Source of the DNA: Candidatus Sericytochromatia bacterium
GTDB lineage: Bacteria > Cyanobacteriota > Sericytochromatia > S15B-MN24 > JAQBPE01
Length of the DNA: 64,000 nt
Direction of reading: 5' to 3'
Assembly: GCA_035285325.1 (NCBI GenBank)
Contig: JAYKJB010000009.1
Span: 10,910 to 74,909, forward strand
In this document: piece by piece, positions 37,741 through 45,369 of the stretch
Numbering within the stretch: position 1 is the stretch's first letter
How the letters are laid out: each line of letters opens with the position of its first letter
Program-made: the position numbers and the translations under genes
Notes under the pieces: generated by a model
What the model saw: the letters and a program-made list of their open reading frames with translations, nothing else
The model's database searches: none
Told to the model about the DNA's origin: nothing

Positions 37741-38874
37741 TCAGGAGGCCTGCTCCCCGGCCTGGCTCCGGGCCAGAGCTACCTGAGTGGGCGCTTCGCC
37801 ACTGGCCCAGCTCTCCGCACGCTGAGCCACACGCAGAATATGGCCCAGTGCGGCGGCCAGCGACAGCATGATCCACAGGCGGGGCCCGAGGCGTTCATCA
37901 ATCTCCTCCGGGGCCGCGATGCGCGCGTCGAGTTCGCGCAGTCGGCGAACCTCCGCGCGCGCCAGTTCCCCGCCCTGGGCCGATCGCCCGGACGCCACTT
38001 CCGCCAGCGCGGTCGCGCCCGCCCGCAGCGTCTCCACACAGGTTCCGAGCAGCAAGAAATCCTCGGGGGGGCTTGCGGCTTCCAAACCCGCGATCACGGA
38101 GCGCGCAGCGCCCGTGGCGTCTTGCAGGTGATGCACGACCTGCTCGAGTTCGAAGGCCACCTGCACGACCTCTGCGGCGGAAGCCGCCGTCGCCCCAGGC
38201 AGCAAAGGCGCCACTCGCACATCCCGGCTCAGGTCGGCCAGTTCGCCACGCAACTCCACCAGCAGCGCATATTCCCGGTCGAACAGAGTGGCGGTCCGCC
38301 CCAGCGTGCTCGGATTGGCCTGCTGCAGATCCGTCGCGAGGGTCTCCATGAAACGCTGCACGCGCTGCATGCCCTCGGCAAGGCGAACGCGCAGGTTGAG
38401 GGGGCCCAGCCAGGGAGCCGCCAGCACGTTGACCGCCAGCGCCACGGCCACACCGAGCAGCAGGGAGGTTTCCCGCAGAAGGATCCGCTCCGTCCAGGGG
38501 GCGTCACTGGGGTAGCCCAGGTAGGCCACCGACAGCAACATGATCACAAAGGCATTGAACCCCCAGCCCAAGCGGGCCTCGAGCGCCCAGACCAGGGCAG
38601 CGGCCAGGGCCACGCCTGGGGGACCGTGGCCGATCGCCGCAAAGACGAGCACCGCCACGGCACACCCCAGAAGGCTGGCCAGAACCTGCTCCCTGGCGTC
38701 TCGCAGCGCAGAGGAGACGGCCGGCCTCGTGCAGATCAGGGCGATAAAGATGACGGACAGGACATCCCCCGGCACCCAGCGCGCCCCGGCGGCTGCGGCA
38801 AGGCCGCCCGAGCAGGCGAACTTGGCTACCACCAGCAGGCGGTGGCCCCAGACCGCCCGAGGGGCGATGATCAA
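37741..38874 (-). CDS. FUSC/aromatic-acid-exporter-like integral membrane protein
   Basis: An N-terminal block of TM helices is followed by a long helical cytoplasmic region. There is FUSC-like spacing of small and charged residues. The family assignment is tentative. Confidence 0.5.
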   Translation of the reverse strand: MIIAPRAVWGHRLLVVAKFACSGGLAAAAGARWVPGDVLSVIFIALICTRPAVSSALRDAREQVLASLLGCAVAVLVFAAIGHGPPGVALAAALVWALEARLGWGFNAFVIMLLSVAYLGYPSDAPWTERILLRETSLLLGVAVALAVNVLAAPWLGPLNLRVRLAEGMQRVQRFMETLATDLQQANPSTLGRTATLFDREYALLVELRGELADLSRDVRVAPLLPGATAASAAEVVQVAFELEQVVHHLQDATGAARSVIAGLEAASPPEDFLLLGTCVETLRAGATALAEVASGRSAQGGELARAEVRRLRELDARIAAPEEIDERLGPRLWIMLSLAAALGHILRVAQRAESWASGEAPTQVALARSQAGEQAS

Positions 38875-39185
38875 TGCCCGTGGTCCTCGTCGCCGTGACT
38901 GTGGCCGCCCGGGAACATGTGCAGCGCCTGGTGAAAGGCCTGCTCCAGATCGATCAGTTCCAGCACGGCCTGGGCATCGGACTTCGCGCCCATCGCTTTG
39001 ACCAGGTCAGCCTCATCGAACATCTGGGGCATCTTGTCGAGCACGCCAGGGAAACGCAATTCGCGGAGGCTGGCACACGCCTCCATCAAGGTTTCGCATT
39101 CCTGGCGGTTGAGGGTGTAGCGCACCTGCGTCTCGTCGGTGCCCAGGTTCAGAACGTCCATGCGCATGGGGTGGGGTCTCCTCAA
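38871..39185 (-). CDS. small hypothetical protein with His-rich C-terminus
   Basis: GAGGAG RBS. Its TGA stop overlaps the start of the downstream membrane-protein gene (ATGA, 38871-38874). The protein ends ...HMFPGGHSHGDEDHGH. Confidence 0.45.
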   Translation of the reverse strand: MRRPHPMRMDVLNLGTDETQVRYTLNRQECETLMEACASLRELRFPGVLDKMPQMFDEADLVKAMGAKSDAQAVLELIDLEQAFHQALHMFPGGHSHGDEDHGH

Positions 39186-39280
39186 GGGTCTTGCCCGGAT
39201 CAGGGGCGGCGTTGACCTGTTCGAAAAAAAATGACCGCCTGCCTGTCTCCATCAGGAGTGCGAGGCAAAGGCGGCCAAGA

Positions 39281-39351
39281 GAGCCGGTGATGGGAATCGA
39301 ACCCACGCCCCAAGCTTGGGAAGCTCGTTTGCTACCATTACAACACACCGG
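39281..39351 (-). tRNA. tRNA-Gly (anticodon CCC)
   Basis: The reverse complement folds as a cloverleaf: acceptor stem GCCGGTG/CACCGGC, D-arm TTGT-AATGGTA-GCAA, anticodon stem-loop CGAGC-TTCCCAA-GCTTG, and a T-arm GTGGG-TTCGATT-CCCAT. No CCA is encoded. Confidence 0.85.
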
Positions 39352-39394
39352 CAGCGCGTGTTGGCGGTATTGTAGGCCGCCAGCCATCGTGGCG

Positions 39395-39922
39395 TCAAGG
39401 GAGCGCAGGAGCGGGGGTGGCAAGCGCCACCAGCGCCGCACGCAAACTGAGATAGGGGGTGACACCCTCGAATCGGGCGCGAACCTGCCCCTGAGGGGTA
39501 ACCAGGACATAGGTGGGCGTCCGTTCGAGCGCCAGCGCCTCGGCCCAAGCAAATCCCTGCAGGTGCTCGGGCGTCCCGGGCTTGAGACGGTCCAACACGA
39601 TGCGCCGCACGCGCACCTGGCCGGCGAATTCGGATTCGAGGCGGGAGACCACGGGACCCATGGTCAGGCAGGCCGGTCAACGGGAGCCGTCGAAGACCAG
39701 CAGGGTCGGCGCGGATTGCGGCCCGAAGCGCAAGGCCTGCAGGCGCGGCGGTAATGGCTCGGGCGCGGTGGGCAGCACACATCGCACCAGCAGCACCGCC
39801 AGCACGGCGCCCCAGAGCAACCGGTCGAGCCAGCGACTCCAGGCCACCCGAACGTTGGCACTTGGCCAGGTCAGCGGTGTCACGCGATGGCCCCTCCTGA
39901 GCGGGCAGGCCGGGCGGCTCAA
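39395..39922 (-). CDS. membrane-anchored thioredoxin-fold protein interrupted by a single in-frame TGA (candidate selenocysteine; otherwise a pseudogene or two ORFs)
   Basis: Track ORFs 39677..39922 and 39395..39661 are in the same frame. They are separated only by TGA (39677-39679) plus five sense codons. The read-through gives ...PTLLVFDGSR-U-PACLTMGPVVSRLESEFAGQVRVRRIV...TPTYVLVTPQGQVRARFEGV. This resembles the thioredoxin pattern ...[21 protein letters not shown]...PTLLLF.NG. The TGA sits where the first Cys of CXXC is expected. Confidence 0.45.
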
Positions 39923-39945
39923 CGACAGCGCAGCCTGGCCTCGGA

Positions 39946-39984
39946 AAGAAAAACGCGGCGCTCTTTGGAAGAACGCCGCGTTTT
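39946..39984. terminator. bidirectional Rho-independent terminator at the tRNA-fMet 3' side
   Basis: AAAAACGCGGCG-CTCTTTGGAAGAA-CGCCGCGTTTT. Perfect 7-bp G+C stem (CGCGGCG/CGCCGCG) extended by A-U pairs, flanked by an A-run and a T-run. Confidence 0.6.
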
Positions 39985-39988
39985 GCAG

Positions 39989-40062
<74 letters not shown>

Positions 40063-40209
40063 AAGCTATCGTAACAGCATGCGCCGCGGGTGTCAAAGCA
40101 CCGGATCACGAACCAGTTGGTGGGAATCGGACAACCGCGCCTCGCCCCGTTGGCTTGGGCCCCGCCGGAGCGGTGCCTGTCACGTGTGGCAGCGACGCGT
40201 TGGCTTACA

Positions 40210-40557
40210 ATGGAGCCCATGAAATACATGCTGGCTTCCTGGACCGCCGCGACCCTGGCCTTTTTCATCGCCGCTTACCTGGTCCCTGGCTTTACCGTCA
40301 GTGGCCTGGTGCCCGCGATGATCGGCGCGCTCGTGCTGGGCTTCGCCAATGCCGTGATCCGACCGATCATCGTGCTCTTCTCGATTCCCCTGACGTTCCT
40401 GACGCTGGGCCTGTTCCTGTTCGTGATCAACGGGGCCATGCTCTGGCTGGTGACCCTGGTGGTGCCCGGCGTCGCGGTCGCCCATTTCGGCTGGGCCATC
40501 CTGGCCGCCGCGGTGATCGCGGTCGTCAACTCGTTTTTCGGCCTGTTCCTGGGCTAG
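40210..40557 (+). CDS. DUF360 / phage-holin-4_2 superfamily membrane protein
   Basis: Four predicted TM helices. Family-like blocks YLVPGFTVSG and LGFANAVIRPIIVLFSIPLTFLTLGLFLFVINGAML. Confidence 0.55.
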   Translation: MEPMKYMLASWTAATLAFFIAAYLVPGFTVSGLVPAMIGALVLGFANAVIRPIIVLFSIPLTFLTLGLFLFVINGAMLWLVTLVVPGVAVAHFGWAILAAAVIAVVNSFFGLFLG

Positions 40558-40656
40558 CGCACCGTTCAAGTCCCAAGCCCGCGTGGATGGAGCCGGGCGG
40601 GGGTCGCCAACGGCCAGAGACTTCGTGACGCACCAGCGCGCCAAGCTGGTCTCGAC

Positions 40657-42093
40657 TTATCGGTAAATCGAGACCGGCAGGCCCTGGCCCCCGCCCAACC
40701 AGGGCTTTGGCAGGTCGAGCTGCCGCGGCGGCGCGTAGCGCATGGCGATCGCCTCGTTCACGCCCCGCGCGCGAATCACCTCTTCGTAGGCGTAGGCGCC
40801 TTCCGTGCGCACCCGCCGGAAGTTCTGGTTGCGGCAATCGACACTGAACAAACCGAAGCGAGGGGAGAACGATCCCCACTCGTAATTATCGGTGATCGAC
40901 CAGTGCACGTAACCCAGCACCGGGATCCCCTCTGCCGCCGCCCGCTGGACCTGTTGCACGTGGGAGACCAGGTAAGCACCGCGCGTCCAACGGTCCTTGC
41001 GAGGCGCCAGATCGTAGGTCGCCAGACCGTTCTCGGCCACCAGGACGGGCAGCTTGTAGCGCGCATGATAGCGTTTGATGGCGTTGTAGAGGCCCTCAGG
41101 ATAAACCTCCCAGGTGTCCGAACGCGGAAACACGAACGGCAGGTAGAGGTAAAACTTGCAGTAGTAGTCGAGCGCCGCGTAGTCGAGCGTCTTGCCCCGC
41201 TTCTGCAGTTCATCGAGGAAGGCCGTGTCGGAACACACCTCGTGCTCCGCGAATTTCTCGACGTCCGAGGCATCTTTGGCCGAGAGGGGCGCCGTGGGAG
41301 CCCCCAGGGCCCACTGGGCGGTGTACATATTGAAGCCCACCTGGGCATCGGCGTCGTTGGCATGCAGCGCCTCGTAGGCAGCGGCGTGACCCTGGATCAT
41401 GCGGCGCATGGCCCTCAAGCCAGCCACGGGGTCGACCTTGCCAGGCGGGGTCATCGGCGTGAGCCAACCTCCCATGAGGAAGATGTTGGGCTCATTGAAG
41501 GTCATGTACCATTTGATCTGGCTGCCGAACTCCTTCGCGACAAACGCCGCAAAGCGAGCAAACGCCTTGGGGGCCTCGGGGCTCTCCCAGCCGCCGTAGC
41601 GGTCGAGCCAGGCGGGATAGGAAAAGTGCATCAAGGTGACCATCGGCTCGAGGCCGCGCGCGCGCATCGCGTCGAGCAGGCGATGGTAGTGGGCGATCGC
41701 CTGAGGGTCATAGCGGCCCTCCTGGGGTTCCAGGCGCGCCCACTCCAGGCTCGTGCGAAAGGCGTTGCAGCCCATTCCTTTGGTGAGGTCCAGGTCTTCG
41801 GCGTAGCGATTGAGCCCGTCGGCCCCGTACAGGTTGCGTTCAGCGGTCTTGCCGGCCGCGTCGAAGGCGGCCCACTGCGAGGACTTGTCGTACCCCTCCC
41901 ACTGGTAACCGGCGGTGGAAACGCCCCACAGGAAGCCCTTCGGCAGAGAGGCCGTCGACGACATGCCTCGGGCCTGCACGGGCTTGGAGCCAGAGTTGCC
42001 CGGCAGGCTTCCCAGCGTCCCCGGGGTCCGGGCGCACGCGGTCGCCAACAACAAGGCCAGCAAGGCCATCCACGACTTGGATTTCACTCGCAT
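40657..42093 (-). CDS. glycoside hydrolase family 1 beta-glucosidase with secretion/lipoprotein-type signal
   Basis: GH1 motifs YMTFNEPNI (acid/base NEP), VLVAENG (nucleophile ENG) and WSITDNYEW. N-terminus MRVKSKSWMALLALLLATAC. The track ORF extends to TTG 42147. Confidence 0.85.
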   Translation of the reverse strand: MRVKSKSWMALLALLLATACARTPGTLGSLPGNSGSKPVQARGMSSTASLPKGFLWGVSTAGYQWEGYDKSSQWAAFDAAGKTAERNLYGADGLNRYAEDLDLTKGMGCNAFRTSLEWARLEPQEGRYDPQAIAHYHRLLDAMRARGLEPMVTLMHFSYPAWLDRYGGWESPEAPKAFARFAAFVAKEFGSQIKWYMTFNEPNIFLMGGWLTPMTPPGKVDPVAGLRAMRRMIQGHAAAYEALHANDADAQVGFNMYTAQWALGAPTAPLSAKDASDVEKFAEHEVCSDTAFLDELQKRGKTLDYAALDYYCKFYLYLPFVFPRSDTWEVYPEGLYNAIKRYHARYKLPVLVAENGLATYDLAPRKDRWTRGAYLVSHVQQVQRAAAEGIPVLGYVHWSITDNYEWGSFSPRFGLFSVDCRNQNFRRVRTEGAYAYEEVIRARGVNEAIAMRYAPPRQLDLPKPWLGGGQGLPVSIYR

Positions 42094-42319
42094 GAGGGGT
42101 TCGCTCACGTCTCGTTGCTCGGTCAGGGCGCCTCGGGGGTATGCCAAAAGGTTAAGCGACTTAATTTTATTTTAACCAAAGCCCAGTGTAGCACGGCCGC
42201 CAACCCGGTGCAATGACAGCCAGGGGGGCCATGTGTTATCTAAAGAACGCGTTTTCCAGCCCCACGGCGGTCCGACCGGTGCCTGAACCACGCGGACGCC
42301 CCCTCGGAGATATGTCGCC

Positions 42320-44026
42320 ATGACCATCGCGCGCGAGCAAAATCCAGTCGACGTCCTGTTCGTCGGCGCCGGTCCGGCCAGCCTGGCCGGGGCGATCCAC
42401 CTGGCGCGTCTGGTCAAGGCCCACAACGCCAAGAATCCTGCCGCAAAGCTGGACGATCCCATGATCGCGGTGCTCGAAAAGAGCGCCGAGGTGGGGTATC
42501 ACGGATTCTCCGGCGCGGTCATGGACCCCAAGAGCCTGCGCAAGCTCTTCCCGGATTTCGACGCCGCCGGCGTGCCGGTCGAGAGCCCCGTCACCGAGGA
42601 CGAAGTCTGGTTCATGACGGCCAGCCGCAAGCTCAAGCTGCCGATCACGCCGCCACCACTGCAAAACCACGGAAACTTCGTCGTTTCGCTGCAGAAACTG
42701 GTGGCCTGGCTGGCGCAGAAAGCGGAAGAAGAAGGCGTGACGGTCGCACCTGGTTACCCGGCCGCTGAGCTGCTTTACGATGACCAGGACCGCGTGACCG
42801 GGGTGCGCACGACGGACCAGGGGCTCGACCACCACGGTCAACCCAAAGGAAACTTCCAGCCGGGCATGGACTTCCTGGCCCGCTGCGTGGTGCTGGGCGA
42901 GGGCACGCGCGGCACGCTGACCAAGGCGCTGATTCAGAAGAAGCAACTCGACGCCGGCAAGAACCCCCAGGTCTGGGCTTGCGGCGTCAAGGAACTCTGG
43001 AAGGTCAAGCCCGAGAAGTTCAAGAAGGGTCGCGTGATCCACACCATGGGCTTCCCCCTGAAAGCCGATGAATTCGGCGGCGGCTTCATCTACCACCTCG
43101 ACCACAACCTGGTTTACGTGGGACAGGTCGGCGGGCTCGATACCCACGATCCGACCTTTGACCCACACCTGCAGCTGCAGCGCTTGAAAACCCACCCGGC
43201 GATCGCCGAACTGCTCGACGGCGCCGAACTGGTGCGATATGGCGCCAAGACCATCCCGGAGGGCGGCTACTGGTCGATTCCGAGACTGTATGACGACGGC
43301 GTGGTGCTGGTGGGTGATTCGGGCAGCCTGCTCAACCCGATGCGCCTGAAAGGCATTCACACGGCGATCGAATCCGGGATCCAAGCTGCTGAGACCATTT
43401 TCGAAGGCCTGCTGGCCCAAGCCGGGCAGGACCCTGCTCCCATGCCCGCCAGCCTGCTGGCCGGTTACGAGCAGCGCATCCTCAATGGCGAGGTCGGCAA
43501 GGAACTCTACGCCGCCCGCAACTTCCACCAATCGTTCGAAGACGGCCTCTACCCGGCCATGTTCTTCCATATTCCCCTGCAGATGGTGACCGGTGGGCGT
43601 GGCTTGCACGATCGCTACGCCGCGGTGCCTGGCTACCGCCGCATGCGCAAGCTGAAGGACAAGTTTCCTGATGGCCGCAAGCCCCAGAGTGACTTCAAGC
43701 CCGACGGCAAGCTGACCTTCTCGAAACTGGATGATGTCTACCGCAGCGGCACCAAGCACGAGGAAAACCAGCCCCCTCACCTGCGCATCGCCGATTGGAA
43801 CATCTGCAACACCCGCTGCAAAGAGGAATACGGCAATCCCTGCCAGCACTTCTGCCCCGCCGCCGTCTACGAGATGGTCGACCTCAAGGGTAACGGGCAG
43901 ACCGAGTTGAAACTCAACCCGAGCAACTGTGTCCACTGCAAGACCTGCGACATCGCAGACCCCTACCAGCTGATCACCTGGGTCGCGCCGGAAGGGGGCG
44001 GTGGCCCGGTCTACGTGGGCATGTAG
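42320..44026 (+). CDS. electron-transfer flavoprotein:ubiquinone oxidoreductase (ETF-QO)
   Basis: FAD-binding N-terminus VLFVGAGPASLAGAIHLA and a C-terminal 4Fe-4S block CNTRCKEEYGNPCQHFCPAAVYEM. 568 aa. Confidence 0.9.
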   Translation: MTIAREQNPVDVLFVGAGPASLAGAIHLARLVKAHNAKNPAAKLDDPMIAVLEKSAEVGYHGFSGAVMDPKSLRKLFPDFDAAGVPVESPVTEDEVWFMTASRKLKLPITPPPLQNHGNFVVSLQKLVAWLAQKAEEEGVTVAPGYPAAELLYDDQDRVTGVRTTDQGLDHHGQPKGNFQPGMDFLARCVVLGEGTRGTLTKALIQKKQLDAGKNPQVWACGVKELWKVKPEKFKKGRVIHTMGFPLKADEFGGGFIYHLDHNLVYVGQVGGLDTHDPTFDPHLQLQRLKTHPAIAELLDGAELVRYGAKTIPEGGYWSIPRLYDDGVVLVGDSGSLLNPMRLKGIHTAIESGIQAAETIFEGLLAQAGQDPAPMPASLLAGYEQRILNGEVGKELYAARNFHQSFEDGLYPAMFFHIPLQMVTGGRGLHDRYAAVPGYRRMRKLKDKFPDGRKPQSDFKPDGKLTFSKLDDVYRSGTKHEENQPPHLRIADWNICNTRCKEEYGNPCQHFCPAAVYEMVDLKGNGQTELKLNPSNCVHCKTCDIADPYQLITWVAPEGGGGPVYVGM

Positions 44027-44069
44027 GGCACGCCACCGACGCCTCGGGGCGAGGCCAAACAGAGGGGCT

Positions 44070-44087
44070 GAGGCCCTTTCGGGCCTC
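44070..44087. terminator. hairpin between convergent ETF-QO and small-ORF genes
   Basis: GAGGCCC-TTTC-GGGCCTC is a perfect 7-bp stem. A second small inverted repeat, GCCTC-GGGGC-GAGGC, lies at 44041-44055. Confidence 0.4.
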
Positions 44088-44092
44088 GCGTC

Positions 44093-44311
44093 TCACATCC
44101 CGAAGTAACGTGTCAGAATGCTCTCGGCATGCCCGATCATCAACTGGGCCTCCAGCACCTGATCGTCGCTGAGGTGTTCACCCCAGGTATCGAGCTGGTC
44201 ATAAACCGCATCCACTGCTTCCATCAGGGGGATCTGGGCCCTAGGAGCCGAGGCGATGGCCGATTTGAGGGCCGCGACCGCTTCCTGCAGCGCGTCAGCC
44301 GCTGCGCTCAC
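44093..44311 (-). CDS. small hypothetical protein (72 aa)
   Basis: The GTG start overlaps the TGA of the upstream small lipoprotein ORF (GTGA), suggesting translational coupling. Acidic, helical, no recognised domain. Confidence 0.35.
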   Translation of the reverse strand: MSAAADALQEAVAALKSAIASAPRAQIPLMEAVDAVYDQLDTWGEHLSDDQVLEAQLMIGHAESILTRYFGM

Positions 44312-44547
44312 GGGGATTTCCGCTCTGGCACGGGGACACTCACGCGGCTCTGTTCCGGCCCGTCCGATTCCTGGTCGCGCCGTTGCTGGTCCTGATGCCT
44401 GGCGTCAGCGATCGCATGGCGCGCTGGCGTCCTGACGAGCACCGAGTCGATTGGCGGAATGCCGGCCTCCAGGTTCGCCACACGCCCACAGGCGGAGAGC
44501 AGCAGACTGGCCAGCAGGGATAGGGGGATCAAAAACGGGGCGCGCAA
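44308..44547 (-). CDS. small putative lipoprotein (79 aa), low confidence
   Basis: TTG start with a GGGAGAG RBS. Lipobox signal LIPLSLLASLLLSAC. The C-terminal half is low-complexity and charged. Confidence 0.3.
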   Translation of the reverse strand: MRAPFLIPLSLLASLLLSACGRVANLEAGIPPIDSVLVRTPARHAIADARHQDQQRRDQESDGPEQSRVSVPVPERKSP

Positions 44548-44934
44548 GCCATCTCTCCCGCGGCGGGTCGAAGGGGATCCTGCGCATACTATCGGCCATG
44601 TTCGGCCTCAGGTGGCGTCAAAAAGGGAGAATCGGGGTTAAAGTTGGTTAAAACTTCTCGCTTTCAGCCTGCATCTCACCCGCGGGAGGCTCCTCACCGT
44701 CGTCCTTGACGAAGCGTATGGCGCACCACGCCGCTTGGAATGGACTCCTGGCAACTGTCCACTCTCACGTTTGTCGCCTCCAAGCCCCGGGTAAGTCGAC
44801 AACAGGGGATCCTTGTGGCAGTGCAGTCCGTCCATCTGTCTCAACGAAGAACGTCACGGTTCGTCGATGCGGCTCGCTCGCAAGGCGCCGTGACGCGCGC
44901 AGTTCCACGCAAGCTCAGCAAGCGAGGAAAACGG

Positions 44935-45324
44935 ATGATCCGCCGGGCCAGACGTCTGATGGGGGCAACCATCCTGGGGGCACTCCTGGTGGGTTGCTCC
45001 TGGTTCGGTTCCCACGCCTCTGGAGGCGGCAGTCAGGCCAGCGGCGCATCCAAAATGTTGCGCCCCGGCCTCGGGCCCGTCGTGGTGGAGCCTGGCCGTC
45101 CCCAAACGGCCCGGATCTCCTGGTATTCACCCTGGCAGGGGCAGAGCGTGATTCGGGTGTCACGCCAGGCGAGCCTGGAACAGCCCATCCTGACCAGTCC
45201 GACCGACGCCCAGCGCACGACCCTGAAAAACCTTGATTCTGGTGTCCGCTACTACTTTCGCGTGGAAACCCGAACCGATATGGGGATGGCGCATTCCTCG
45301 GTTTGCTCCTTCGTGGCAAAGTAG
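44935..45324 (+). CDS. small lipoprotein with fibronectin-III-like fold
   Basis: Lipoprotein signal MIRRARRLMGATILGALLVGC. Beta-sandwich-like ISWYSPWQGQSVIRV...YYFRVETRTDMG. The track ORF starts upstream at 44740. Confidence 0.5.
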   Translation: MIRRARRLMGATILGALLVGCSWFGSHASGGGSQASGASKMLRPGLGPVVVEPGRPQTARISWYSPWQGQSVIRVSRQASLEQPILTSPTDAQRTTLKNLDSGVRYYFRVETRTDMGMAHSSVCSFVAK

Positions 45325-45369
45325 GCCCCGTCACCGTCATCCGCGACGGTCATCGGGTAGCATAGCCTC

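Noticed and set aside
39595-39680. Bacterial SECIS element downstream of the in-frame TGA.
   Set aside because: Only weak stems (GACC-AUG-GGUC, and CGAAU-CCGA-AUUCG about 45 nt downstream) could be found by eye. None fits the canonical position and loop. The selenoprotein call is therefore left as a hypothesis, not a feature.
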